DNA of 63,391 nucleotides, filler included, from Reclinomonas americana ATCC 50394 (lineage: Eukaryota), in NCBI GenBank assembly GCA_048213135.1. It is 8 parts of 5 records of this genome, joined end to end, with 100 filler letters (N's around TTAATTAATTAA, not from the genome) between each part and the next. Parts side by side here need not be neighbours in the genome. Positions count along the whole stretch, not along the records: positions 37,366 to 46,613 come from PS015408.1; positions 46,714 to 51,036 come from PS015409.1; 6 more parts are not named here. One strand, written 5' to 3'. The notes under the pieces are model-generated. The model was not told where the DNA came from. It saw only the letters and a list, made by a program, of their open reading frames with translations, and ran no database searches. The position numbers and the translations under genes were made by a program. Shown piece by piece: positions 37,934-51,135 of the stretch (positions are counted from its first letter, which is position 1; the number at the start of each line of letters is the position of its first letter).

Positions 37934-40900
37934 TCATCCTCTTCGTCCACCGTCGTCGGTCACTTCCTCACGGCCGACGCCACCCACAGCACCAAGCGCG
38001 TTGGTGAAATCGGGCAAGACGGTGCCGAGAATACGTTCCACAAGCCCGTGAGTGTTTCGACGCATCAGTTGGACCACCCTGCCGGACACGCGGGCGGTGT
38101 ACGCAGAACCGAATGCCATGCAGCGAAGATACGTCACACGATCCGCTGAGGGGTTCACGAGGTCCGCCTGCTCATCAAGAGGCACTTCCTTCCCATCCGC
38201 CAGAGACCACACTCGAACTTCTCCGCAATCACTGCCACTCACGATGTACTGGCCATCGGGAGTGATCCACACCCCAACTGTGTGTCCCTCCAGTCGTAGC
38301 AGTTCCTCTCCACTTGCCAGTGACCACACTCGTACTGTCTTGTCGTCACTCCCACTTACGATGTACTGACAATTGGGAGTGATGGCGACAGACCGCACAA
38401 TGCCAGTGTGTCCCTCCAATCGGCGCACCTCCTCGCCGCTAGCCAGTGACCACACTCGCACTGTGTAGTCAATACTCCCACTAACGATGTGTTGACCATC
38501 AGGAGTGACGGCGACAGACTCCACAGAGCTGGTGTGCCCCCGCAGCTGCCGCACTTCTTCTCCACTCGCCAATGACCACACTCGCACCGTCTCGTCCCCG
38601 CCTCCGCTCACAATGTGCTGACCATCAGGAGTGACGGCGACACATGTCACCATTCCAGTGTGTCCTTCCAACCGTAGCAACTCTTCTCCACTCGCCAAGG
38701 ACCACACGCGCAATGTCCTGTAATAACTTCCGCTGATAATGTTCTGACCATCGGGAGAGATGGCGACACACCACACACCACCTTTGCGCACCTCAAATCT
38801 TCGTATTTCTTCTCCACTCGCCAAAGACCACACCCGAATAAACCCGTTTCGACTCCCACTCACAGCGTGTTGACCACCAGGAGAAACAGTAAACGCAGAG
38901 GACTGTCCTGCCGCCTTCCACAATTCCTCGCCTGTCGACACAGACCACATCCTCACCGTGCTATCATAACCGGCACTCAAAACATGCTGACAATCGTGGG
39001 TGAGCACGACTGAACGCACCAATTCCGTGTGTCCACCCAACCGTCGTACCTCTTCATCACCTATCACAGGCCACATTCGTACTGTCATATCTTCACTCCC
39101 ACTCACGATATACTGACCATCAGGAGTAACTGTAATTGAACTCAATTGCCTAGTGTGTCCCTCCAATCGCCGCACCTCTCCGCCACTCGCCAGTGACCAA
39201 AGTCGCGCTGTCGAGTCCCTACCACCGCTGACGACGTGCTGCCCATCAGGAGTGACGGCGACAGTGTGCACTGCATCGGCGTGTCCCTCAAGCCGTCGCA
39301 CTTCACCTCCATTCGCCAGTGACCACACTCGCACTGTCTCGTCCCTACTCCCACTAACAAGAAGCTGGCCATCAGGAGTGACTGCAACGCTCTCCACTCC
39401 CCAAGTGTGTCCCTCCAGTCGTCGTACTTCTTCTCCACTTGCCACCGACCACACCCGTACAGTCTTGTCATAACTGCCACTCACAATGTGCTGGCCATCG
39501 GGTGTCACTGCCACTGCATTCACCAAATCCGTGTGGCCTTCCAGTCTGCGCACCTCCTCTCCACTCGCCATCGACCACACCCGTACAGTCTTGTCATGAC
39601 TGCCACTCACAATGTGCTGACCATCGGGTGTCACTGCCACTGCATTCACCAAATCCGTGTGGCCTTCCAGTCGGCGCACCTCCTCGCCAGTTACCACCGA
39701 CCACACCCGTACAGTATTGTCATAACTGCCACTCACAATGTGCTGACCATCGGGCGTCACTGCCACTGCACGCACCCAACCGGTGTGGCCCTCCAGTCGG
39801 CGCACCTGCTCACCACTCGCCACCGACCACACCCGTATCGTTCTGTCATCACTGCCACTCACAATGTGCTGGCCATCGGGGGTGACAGCAACAGTCATCA
39901 CCCGATCAGCGTGTCCAGTTAATGGTTCTCTCGGCCATTTCACATCCCTTACATCCGCCCCCCTGAAATCCGCCTCCCTCGCAAACGCCATGCACACATT
40001 CACCCCTCGCAAATCCGCTCCCCTCCACACCGTCTTGTGCATCACCGCATCCCTCAAATCCGCACCCCTCACTCGCACACCCGACAGATCTCGCCCACTG
40101 AACGACACTTGAGCCAAACACAACACCGTTGCTGCATTGGCGGCTGCCGTCACCACTCGCTCCTCATCCGCCTCCCGTGACATCTCAATCACCTCCCACA
40201 ACCTCGCTTGCAATCGAGGAGACCGTCGCACCACCTCCGCCATCTGCTCCACCAACGATGGTCGATCATTCAGCAATCGCACTGCCAACACATGCTGCTG
40301 TACATCTTCTATCGTCAATCGCCTCTCCTCATCCCATGTCTCCCATGCAAACACATGCCGTGCCACACAGTGCTCCAGCAACGACAGATGCACGAAACCC
40401 CACTGCGTCGTCCCATAACGTCGCACAATCGGACAGCACACTCGCACATGCTGGTTCTTGTGGCCGAGGAACTTGTCAACCGGTCCCTCATCCACTCGTC
40501 CTCGACGACCGAGAGGTGCACCACCAAACTCAGCAATGTCCTCCTCGAACGCCCGTTCCTCTGAAGTCACTCGCACCACATTCCTCTCATGCATCAACCG
40601 TGCCAGTCCCTCACAGAATGCCAGACACACCTCCTCACTCGGCACACGCTCCGCACCAAGACGCGTCTGTCTCTCCTGCTCCCTCACAATCCACTGTCGA
40701 ATGAATCGGTCAAACACATCACACCGAGTCGGTCGTTGCACTCCACTCGCCACCAACTCCGGCAACACACGAGCCACCACTGCCAGCAGGAATGGATTTG
40801 ATACCAGTACATCCAGTCCATGCACACTCTGGAGTGCATCAATGTACTCTTCAGCAGTCGACCATCGCACTTCGCCGTCATCACCATCCACTTGAACCAA

Positions 40901-42589
40901 TCTCACACAGTACTCTTTAATCTGCTCCGTTTTGAACGGTGCAATGTGCCGCTCCATCAGCTGCTGCAAGCACAACTGTCCACGTGCATCTATCGGTGCA
41001 AAATACCGTCGATACTGCGACGCGCCACCCAGTGCCGTCAGTGCGTAATCGCCACGACAGGTGATAATCACCTTCATATCTCGACACACATCCAGTTGGT
41101 TCTTGACAAATAGATTCACACCTCGATACAACTCGTCATACCCGTCAAGCAACAACAGCAGTGGTTCCTCCTTCAATTGCCGCACATCTGACTCCAATCC
41201 CAACTCGGGTGACAGTCTCTCCAATGCCTCCTCCAACAATCGCTCATCGGCATTGCGCAGAGCACCAAGAGGCACACGAACAGGCACTCGTCTGCTGTCT
41301 CTCGTTTGCCACTGTCGCCATGCTCGCTCAGCCAGCACTGACATGGTGGTGGTCTTGCCGGCGCCACTGTTGCCAAACAGTACCAGCACATGCTGCGTGG
41401 TGTTGGTGTCGGAGATGAAAACATCCACTTCCGTCAACAGATCCGTCATCTTCTCACTCGATGAGACATCGCGGTCACGTGAGCACAGCAGCGGCACATA
41501 CATCTGCATGTCCTTGCGCACACTCTCGTCGTGCTGGTAGAAAGACAGCTCACGGACAGCCAGTCGATGCAGTCGCTCTTCATAGGTGCTGATGATGTGC
41601 TGAACGTGACGCGCCTCTCGAATCCGCGTCGCAAATCCGTCGATCGCGTCGGCAGGCAGCTGCAACTTGCCAAGCAGGGCAAGGAACGTGCCACGGTCAC
41701 CGAGATACTCTTGCACGCTGGCCGCTGTCCATGCCGACGATCCGTGCACCAACTCGTTCAGCACCTCGCGCAACTGCTCCAGCGCCTTGCGCTCATCAAC
41801 ATCGTCCATCACCAGCGCCTTGCGACCGTCGACAGGCACAAAACCGCCGAACAGCAAGATGGAAGCCAAGGCTGTCACGTCGAATGCGCCACACGAGGGA
41901 TCAGCGGTGGAGTCAGCATCAAAGGCACACTTCCAGCTGAGCAGGTGCTGCTGCTGCTGTGCAAACAACTTGACTCGCCCAGGGTGGAGTGGTGCATGTT
42001 GATCGTACCACGCCTTGATCGTAGTTGGATGCCAGAACAACGGAGGCGTCCACACATCGGGAGTCCACGCCCGTACATCAAAGTCGGGATGATCGCGACT
42101 GAACTGCGCCAGCGCGCATTGACAGCGCAGACGCACGGCCTCCTCCACCACCTCAAAGGCCATGTTGATGCGCTGGGAGTTGATCATGCTGTGCATCCAG
42201 CGCTGTCAGTACCAAGTGAACAAGGAAGGAAGTCAAGGATGATGAAGGCAAGCAACACAAACCGAGTCACTCGCTCCGAGTTGCTGCGCGAAGACATGCG
42301 AGTGAGCGGCATGTTTTTGAACAGAGAGATGATTCACATACACACACCTTCCACTCCCACTCCCACTCCCGCCACTCGACTGCAGCGCCACGCCAAGTGT
42401 CAGACGGACGACGAGATGAGTGGATAAGTTGATGCCGAGTCCACGCAGCGGTGTTGCGCTGACGAACTCAATGTCGTACGGCACCGGCTTCTCCACCCCC
42501 ACAATCTCCATCTCCCCATCCCCACTCTTCTCACGCAGCAAGCGTGTGGCCTCGCGCAGCACGTCAGCAAGAGTGGACATGGCCGACAT
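37934..42589 (-). CDS. NLR-like STAND protein: HEPN-like N-terminal domain - NACHT - pentapeptide repeats - 14 WD40 repeats (~1531 aa; exons 42263-42589 and 37934-42202)
   Basis: A 1420-aa open frame is extended by one 60-nt GT-AG intron (42203-42262). Walker A VLVLFGNSGAGKTT, Walker B LLLLLDGYDEL, KVIITCR, NPFLL, WGFVHLSLLEH, AAANAATVL, pentapeptide SFSGRDLSGVRVRGADLRDA, then LEGHT..V..VAVTPDGQHIVSGS.D.TVRVWS repeats. Confidence 0.93.
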
Positions 42590-43189
42590 GCCCTCCACCA
42601 CCACCGACAGCGACGAATCATGCGCCGCACTCACATTCACAGAGAACTGTGACACACAAGTGCAGTGAGCGCAGGGAGGAAGGAGAAAGAGAGAAGGTAA
42701 GCACACACCGACATTGTGCTTGTGGCGCGTTGTGTTCTCAGTCGCGTTCACAAAAACTCCTGTAAATCAAGTTGTCACCTTGCTGGTGGATTTCTCATGT
42801 GACAGTGATCCTTGCAAGTCAAACCAAGCCGGGATGAAGAACGCAGGTATGGAGGAGTGTCATATCCCTACAATGATCATCTGTATTCAATGCATGTTCA
42901 AAAGAAACGCGTTCGGCTTTCTGCCTTTCCTATTCCTCCTCCCGTCCCTCTGCAAAGCCCCCTCCTCATCACAAGAGACGCCATCTACATACCCTCACCA
43001 TTGTTTGTATTTCACGATTCATTCGCTATCTCACTCAAGATCTCGCCTCAAACAACCCCTGCTCCTCACAACTGTTCACCAAATCACGCGCTTCTCCTCC
43101 AGTAAGCACCGGATCCTCTCCGCCAGTTTTTCCTCCTCCTGCACGACCCGCATCGCCGCCCTCGCTCACCGCACCTCCTCGCACGCCAT

Positions 43190-45227
43190 TTATAAGTCGT
43201 CCTCCACACCCTCACCCCACCACAATATACTGCTCCTCCACCGACAAATGGCAATCAGCCACGCCGTGCTGCCACCCACCAACCTCCACACCTCCTCCCC
43301 TCCACTCTCTGCGACCACACGCGCACCGATCGATCCCAGCTGCCACTCACCACATGCCACCACCGCCCTCACCGACTCGGTGTGTCCCTCCAACCTCCTG
43401 ACACCACTCTCCCACTTCCCACACACGCACCGTCGCATCATCATGATCACCGCCACTCACCACCACCTGCGCATTATCAACAGCCACCGCCGTCATCGAT
43501 CCTGTTCGACCATCCAAATTCCGCACCTCCTCGTCGCCACTCCATCCTCACTCCCCCCGCCCATCCGCCGACACCCTCAACGGCACTCGCCTTCAGTCTC
43601 TCGTTCACCGCACACGCACCAATGCATCGGTCACCGCACATCGCCACCACGACGTGACCAGCGTGCACCATGCAGGCGGTCAATAAAGACCACCACTCCA
43701 CTTCATCTTCGCTCCACATACGCACATTGTCCCATCATGCGACGCCACCACCGAGAACAAATCGCCGGCCACCACGAGCAGTGTTGGCGGTGATTTTCGA
43801 AACGGACTGAGACATCACTGACTGGTAAGATGTTGGACGGGTGGAGGAAGGAGGTGGTGACAGCGGGAAACATGGACGAACCAAAACACCTCATCCGACC
43901 TTCGCCTTGGCATGCTGGAGGGTGGCGTTGTGCTCCTCCAAAAGAGATAGAAAGTTGATGAGAAGTGAATGCCAGCGCCCATGGACTGCCGGCCAACGAG
44001 AGCTGGTCTACCACGGCACGCACACAGCTCTGGCTCCTTCCCACAACGCACCTCGTGCCCATGTGTCACTCCCCTCTCCTGCCTACAACAACCGTCCCGC
44101 CACCACGCATCTGTGCACCACGCCTCCACTTCCTGAAGACACCGCACCATCTTCACCAAACACCGCACTTCCCCCTCTCCTTCTCCTGCCTACAGCACCT
44201 GCCCCGCCACCACGCACCCATGCACCACCACCTTCGCCCCCCTCCGCCAGAAGACATCACCATCTCCACCAAACACCACACTTCCCCTTCGTCTGTGCAC
44301 CACCACCTGCGCCTCCTCCTCCATAAAACACCACATCACCATCTCCACCAGACACCGCTCTTCTCCCTCTCCTTCCTCCTCCCGCATCATCTCACGCACC
44401 ACCCGCTGCGCCTTCTTCGCCCACTCTAGCACCCCGCACGTCAGCGTATACGCCGTGGACCACACACGCACCTTGCCATCGGTGCTGCCACTCACCACGC
44501 GCTGCCCGTCGGGCGCCACCGCCACCGCCACCACACCACCCGTGTGACCCACCAGTCGACACACCTCCTCACCCGTCGCCATCGACCACACCCGCACCGT
44601 CTTGTCGCCACTGCCGCTGACAATGTGCCGCCCGTCGCGAGTGACGGCCACACACGACACGTAGCCGCGGTGTCCCTTGACCTGGCGCACCACCTTGCCG
44701 TCATCAGTGAGCGACCACACACGAATCGTCGCATCACAACCCGAGCCCGTCACCACATGCAGACCGTCGGTGGTGACAGCCACTGACGTCACTGGCCAGT
44801 GATTCCCGATCAGCAGCAGCTGTTCCTCTTGCCCGCTGTCCAGCGAGAACACATGCACAGAGCGATCTTCACCAGCACGCGCGGTGACGGTCGCCGAGCG
44901 CAACTGCCGCGTGCATCGCAGCTTGACGTGCCACACCTGCTCGCCACTCGCCAGCGACCACACACGCACAGTGCCGTCTGCGCCACTGCCGCTCACCAGG
45001 TGCTGGCCGTCGGGGGTGAAGGCGACGGATGACACGGGTCCACCACTTGACTTGATCTCTCGCACACACTGCGCCTCCTGAGGGAGTGAACACACACACA
45101 TGGTGGCGTCGTGGCTGCCGCTCGCAATGTGGTGGCCGTTGGGGCTGACGGCGACACGAGCAACCGCAAGCATCAACCTCGACGTCGACCAACTTCGCAC
45201 CCCTTCACCTGCATTTCTCTGCCGCAA
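43190..45227 (-). pseudogene. Degenerate WD40-repeat array related to the adjacent NACHT-WD40 gene
   Basis: ORF 44190-45227 has about 6 WD repeats, partly eroded (VAFTPDGQHLVSGSGADGTVRVWSLASGEQV; GHRGYVSCVAVTRDGRHIVSGSGDKTVRVWSMATGEEV). Frameshifted relics continue to ~43300 (RRLEGHTESVRAVVACG). The 5' end runs into a (CA)n tract and a gap. Confidence 0.65.
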
Positions 45228-45251
45228 AAAAAGCCACTCACCGTTCCCCCA

Positions 45252-45345
<94 letters not shown>

Positions 45346-46780
45346 NNNNNNNNNNNNNNNNNNNNNNNNNNNNNNNNNNNNNNNNNNNNNNNNNNNNNNN
45401 NNNNNNNNNNNNNNNNNNNNNNNNNNNNNNNNNNNNNNNNNNNNNNNNNNNNNNNNNNNNNNNNNNNNNNNNNNNNNNNNNNNNNNNNNNNNNNNNNNNN
45501 NNNNNNNNNNNNNNNNNNNNNNNNNNNNNNNNNNNNNNNNNNNNNNNNNNNNNNNNNNNNNNNNNNNNNNNNNNNNNNNNNNNNNNNNNNNNNNNNNNNN
45601 NNNNNNNNNNNNNNNNNNNNNNNNNNNNNNNNNNNNNNNNNNNNNNNNNNNNNNNNNNNNNNNNNNNNNNNNNNNNNNNNNNNNNNNNNNNNNNNNNNNN
45701 NNNNNNNNNNNNNNNNNNNNNNNNNNNNNNNNNNNNNNNNNNNNNNNNNNNNNNNNNNNNNNNNNNNNNNNNNNNNNNNNNNNNNNNNNNNNNNNNNNNN
45801 NNNNNNNNNNNNNNNNNNNNNNNNNNNNNNNNNNNNNNNNNNNNNNNNNNNNNNNNNNNNNNNNNNNNNNNNNNNNNNNNNNNNNNNNNNNNNNNNNNNN
45901 NNNNNNNNNNNNNNNNNNNNNNNNNNNNNNNNNNNNNNNNNNNNNNNNNNNNNNNNNNNNNNNNNNNNNNNNNNNNNNNNNNNNNNNNNNNNNNNNNNNN
46001 NNNNNNNNNNNNNNNNNNNNNNNNNNNNNNNNNNNNNNNNNNNNNNNNNNNNNNNNNNNNNNNNNNNNNNNNNNTTGCACAGCCTCGCATTCAACCTTCC
46101 CTCCCACGGCAAAAAAAGTCCCACATGACAACCACTTGTCTCTCCGCGCTCGTGCGAGCCATGCTGAAGCCGCTCAGCCTCTTCTACGTTGTCTACGAGA
46201 GCGACAGTGTGGTCTCTCATGGACTGGCGTATGTCACAATGATTCCGATTGCCAGTTGCGCGCGCATTTGTGTGATTGACTGACTGACTCTCACAGAGTA
46301 GAGTCTCTCTCGTGTCTCTCGTGTCTCTCTCTCATGTCTCTCTTGTCTCTCTTGTCTCTCTCTGACTCTCTCTCTCTCCCTCACACACGCTCATGCATTC
46401 AATCAATCAATGTGATTTAGGCGACACATGTCGTGCTCTTCTTCTCTCTTGCTCTCTCTCACACACTCTCCCTCTCACAGACTCTCTCTCTCTCTCTCTC
46501 ATTGTTCTCACTACTGCAACTCACACAGTCATGCATTCAGTCAATCAATGTGATTTATGCGACACCTGTCATACTCGTCTTCTCCTCCCTTGCTCTCTCT
46601 CACACGCTCACTCNNNNNNNNNNNNNNNNNNNNNNNNNNNNNNNNNNNNNNNNNNNNTTAATTAATTAANNNNNNNNNNNNNNNNNNNNNNNNNNNNNNN
46701 NNNNNNNNNNNNNCTTCTCTCTCCCTCTTACTTGTTGAGTTAATTGATGATACATTCTTTTTTCCCTCCAAAAAGGGTAC

Positions 46781-49107
46781 TCACGCAAACAGCGTGGTGG
46801 CGTCGCCGGCGCAGTGATTGACGGTGGACTGCGTCTGGTCGGGGAAGAATGTCTTCTTCACCCTCTCGACAATCATGAACGTGGCGGCGTTGACGACGAA
46901 TCCTCTCCACAGGCAGGGCCTTAGGCCGCGCCATAGTGCCTCCCGTGCGCCGGCGCCCTCCTCGGCCACCAGTGCGCGCCAGGCGCGGAGAACGCCGCGG
47001 TATCTTATTGGTTCGTCGCTGGCGAAGTTTTGTGCTTGGACGCGGGCCTGCGAATAAGGGGGAAGGGGGAAGGGAAAGGGAGAGGGAGAGGGGAAGGTGG
47101 TGAGAGGGGAAGGGAGAGGAAAGATGAAAACAAGAAGAGAGAGGGGGACCAAGGGCAGCGAGAAGGGAAAGAGGCAGCGGACATGCAGAGACCATGAAAG
47201 CAGGAGAAGAGGGAAAGAGAAAACGGGAGAAGGGCGTGTACAAAGCAAAGGGGCAACATCATGAAAGAAGACATGGAGGAGGGGTGGACAAAGAGAAAGG
47301 GGAGCACAGAAAGAGAGGAAAAAGGAGAAGAAAGGAAGAAAGGATACATCGATGGGAAGAGCAACGAGAGACGCAGAGAGGATGCAAACGAAGGTGATGA
47401 TGGTGAGCGTAGGATGGGAGAATAGTTTGATGGAAACAGCAAAGAGAGGTAAGAGAATTAGATACGGGTGTAGAGAGTTGATAAGAAGAGTCTGGATTCT
47501 CCGTGTCGCGAAGATTACGGTAACCGCTCCTACCGCGACGCGAACGACCGAGATTCCGGCTTCTCCAGTCGTGGAGTACTCTCTTCTCTTACCCATCTGG
47601 TCACAGCGCTTGCTTGCTCTTCATCTTCTTCTTGATTTCTTTCCTTACATTCCCTTTCTGTCAACCTTTCTGTTTCCTTCTCTGTCTCACTCGCTCTGGG
47701 GAAGACTGAGGAAAGGAATATACAGAGAAGAAATGAGTGATAGAGAGGCGCACTTTGGCAGTGACTCATACAGACACACAGAGCGAGCGAGTGAAAACGA
47801 AAGAGACAAATGGCGAGGCTGCACTGACTGCTCCAATTCCTCTGTTGTTCTGTCATATTCTCTCATCCTCTCATCCAGTAATCTTCTCAGCCTTTCGCAT
47901 TCTGGAAGAAAAGAGGAATGCAAGGAAGTATAACGAGTGAAAAAATGCATATTGCAAGTGAGCAATTCAACGCACATACCCAGAGAAGAGGGATAAAGAG
48001 CGTGAGAGACAAATGAGACAGACGGCGAGACTTGTCTGACAAAAAATTTATGTTGTTTCTCTCCTCCACAACTCTCCCCTCGGTAACAGCAGAAACATGC
48101 GAGAGACAGAATAAATAAAGGGTCCCCGCTGACGCAAGCAGCAATGGCACAAGCTTTAAACGCCACGGGAAGATACAGCGCGAAAGAGGAGGACATCGAG
48201 AGAAAGAACAGAGAAGCTGTCCCCCCTCCTGTTCGTCTGACTTTGAACTACTCGTCACCTCTCTGTCATCCAGATTCTCTCTCCATCTACTCTTCTCCAT
48301 TCTCTTCCCCCCTCACCCTTGCATTCCCCTCCCTCTCATCCATCCCACTTCTCTTCTTTCTTCTCTTCCCCTTCCCCTTCTCCTTGCCTCCCCACTCCCC
48401 CCTCTCTTTCCCCCTTCCCCTTCCCCTTCCCCTTCTCCGCCCTTCCCCCTCCCACACCTTCAGCGTATCCGCCGGAAAACACGCAATCCAGGAGGCCACC
48501 CCGGCACACCCACCCGCCGTGAACGCCACCGCATCCTGTACCAAGCCGTCGTCAGTCGACAGCACCCTTGTCTGGTCCAGGAGGTAGTTGAAGCCGGCGG
48601 AGAAGGCGGTGAAAGTGGTGAAATAGAACGTGAAGCCGATGACGTCACGTGTGATGGTCGCCGGCAGGCCGGTGGCCAGGATTCCACGGAGGCCTACTCT
48701 CCGATACAGTGCTCTCGTGCAGTCCATCAACGGGTGCTTCGAGGAGGTCCAGGGGCTGTTGGCGATTTGGAGTTGGATCTGGGAAGAGGGGAAAGGGTGG
48801 GCGAGAGATGAATGGAGAAGGGTGGAGGGGGGATGGAGAGACCTTTACAAACTCCATGGGTGTGGCGATGAAACTTGAGCAAAAGCCGGTCACGGCGCCT
48901 GCACCCAACAGTGAGCAAAGGGGGTGCGATCACCAAGACTCTCCTTCAACACCAAACCTCCCACGGCGGCCGAGACCAGCGGGTGCGAATCGAGGGATCC
49001 GTGCAGGAATTTGACGGTGAGGTCGAAGGAGCCGAAGGCGATGGCGTTGAGGCCGGCCTGGGCGAGGAGTGGGGGCCAGATGCCGCGGAAGAGGCCTCGG
49101 ATGCCCC
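46781..49107 (-). CDS. Mitochondrial carrier (SLC25; carnitine/basic amino acid carrier-like), 5'-partial
   Basis: Exons give GIRGLFRGIWPPLLAQAGLNAIAFGSF...GG|AVTGFCSSFIATPMEFVK|IQLQ...GLPATITRDVIGFTFYF...AGGCAGVASWIACFPADTLK|ARVQ...YRGVL...LWRGLRPCLWRGFVVNAATF. The Px[DE]xx[KR] signature occurs twice. Confidence 0.92.
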
Positions 49108-49204
49108 TGCGAAAAAGGGGAAGGGGGAAATAAGGGAAAGGGTGAGAAGAGAAATGGGGAGAAAGAGAAAGAGACCAAGGAATAAGGGGTACTGAATGAG
49201 GGTG

Positions 49205-49419
49205 AAGAGACTGGGGGTTGAGGAGCAAGGGTCGAGGGTTGAAGAACGAGGGTTGATTGAGGGTTGAGGGATGGAGAACGAGGGTTGAGGGTTGAGGAAC
49301 GAGGGTTGAAGGGCAAGGGTTGAGTAGCAAGGGTTGAGGGACAAGAGTTGCAGAGCAAGGGTTGCAGGACGAGGGTTGAGGGTTGAGGGTTGAGGAGCAA
49401 GGGTCGAGGGTTGAAGAAC

Positions 49420-49457
<38 letters not shown>

Positions 49458-49466
49458 GAGCGAGGG
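49205..49466. repeat. (GAGGGTT)n telomere-like array inside an intron, running into a gap
   Basis: Perfect GGGTTGA tandem copies at 49422-49457 and 49373-49393, flanked by variant copies. Confidence 0.85.
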
Positions 49467-51135
49467 NNNNNNNNNNNNNNNNNNNNNNNNNNNNNNNNNN
49501 NNNNNNNNNNNNNNNNNNNNNNNNNNNNNNNNNNNNNNNNNNNNNNNNNNNNNNNNNNNNNNNNNNNNNNNNNNNNNNNNNNNNNNNNNNNNNNNNNNNN
49601 NNNNNNNNNNNNNNNNNNNNNNNNNNNNNNNNNNNNNNNNNNNNNNNNNNNNNNNNNNNNNNNNNNNNNNNNNNNNNNNNNNNNNNNNNNNNNNNNNNNN
49701 NNNNNNNNNNNNNNNNNNNNNNNNNNNNNNNNNNNNNNNNNNNNNNNNNNNNNNNNNNNNNNNNNNNNNNNNNNNNNNNNNNNNNNNNNNNNNNNNNNNN
49801 NNNNNNNNNNNNNNNNNNNNNNNNNNNNNNNNNNNNNNNNNNNNNNNNNNNNNNNNNNNNNNNNNNNNNNNNNNNNNNNNNNNNNNNNNNNNNNNNNNNN
49901 NNNNNNNNNNNNNNNNNNNNNNNNNNNNNNNNNNNNNNNNNNNNNNNNNNNNNNNNNNNNNNNNNNNNNNNNNNNNNNNNNNNNNNNNNNNNNNNNNNNN
50001 NNNNNNNNNNNNNNNNNNNNNNNNNNNNNNNNNNNNNNNNNNNNNNNNNNNNNNNNNNNNNNNNNNNNNNNNNNNNNNNNNNNNNNNNNNNNNNNNNNNN
50101 NNNNNNNNNNNNNNNNNNNNNNNNNNNNNNNNNNNNNNNNNNNNNNNNNNNNNNNNNNNNNNNNNNNNNNNNNNNNNNNNNNNNNNNNNNNNNNNNNNNN
50201 NNNNNNNNNNNNNNNNNNNNNNNNNNNNNNNNNNNNNNNNNNNNNNNNNNNNNNNNNNNNNNNNNNNNNNNNNNNNNNNNNNNNNNNNNNNNNNNNNNNN
50301 NNNNNNNNNNNNNNNNNNNNNNNNGAGAGAGAGAGAGAGAGGGAGAAGAAGGAGTGCGACAGAAGGAGCAGCAATTTAGTGCAAGAGAAGTGGGACAGCG
50401 AGGGATAAAGGAGCTGGACGTCGTAATCAAGGCGACGATGAAGGCACGACAACACAGAAGAATGAGAGCAGTAAGCAAGAGTGAGTGAGTGAGGAAGGAG
50501 AGGGACAAGTGAAAGAGAGTGAAGAGTGAAGACGGAGAGGGGGGCAAAGAGGGAGAGACAAACGAGAGAGAAAGAGATGGGAGGAAGGATAAAATGTGAC
50601 TATGTGTCGCCTGCATCCATTCAACGACGACAGAGGCAGGCAAAGTGAAAGAATGAGAGCAAATGGGAAACGAGAGAAAGACAACGAGAGGGAGAGAGGA
50701 ATAAAGAGGCAAACGAGAGAGAGGGACACGAAAGGCAGACTGAATGTGGAGGCAATGGAGGACAGCATTCTGCCAGGCCGGTTGCAATCAGTGCGACGAC
50801 AAAGAGAGCGATGGAATGAGGACAGAGAGGGGGAAACGGAGAAGAGAGGAAGAGGACAAAAGTGGGAAGGATAAAATGTGACAAACTGTAGCCTGCATGC
50901 ATTCAACGACGACGGAGGCACGCAAAGTGAAAGAATGAGAGAGAATAGAGAGAGAGAGAGAGAGAGAGAGAGGAGGAGGAGGAGAGAGAGAGGAGGAGAG
51001 AGAGAGAGAGAGGAGGAGAGAGAGAGAGAGAGAGAGNNNNNNNNNNNNNNNNNNNNNNNNNNNNNNNNNNNNNNNNNNNNTTAATTAATTAANNNNNNNN
51101 NNNNNNNNNNNNNNNNNNNNNNNNNNNNNNNNNNN

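Noticed and set aside
46126..46230. Possible short exon MTTTCLSALVRAMLKPLSLFYVVYESD
   Set aside because: Isolated between gaps with no recognisable homology; insufficient support.
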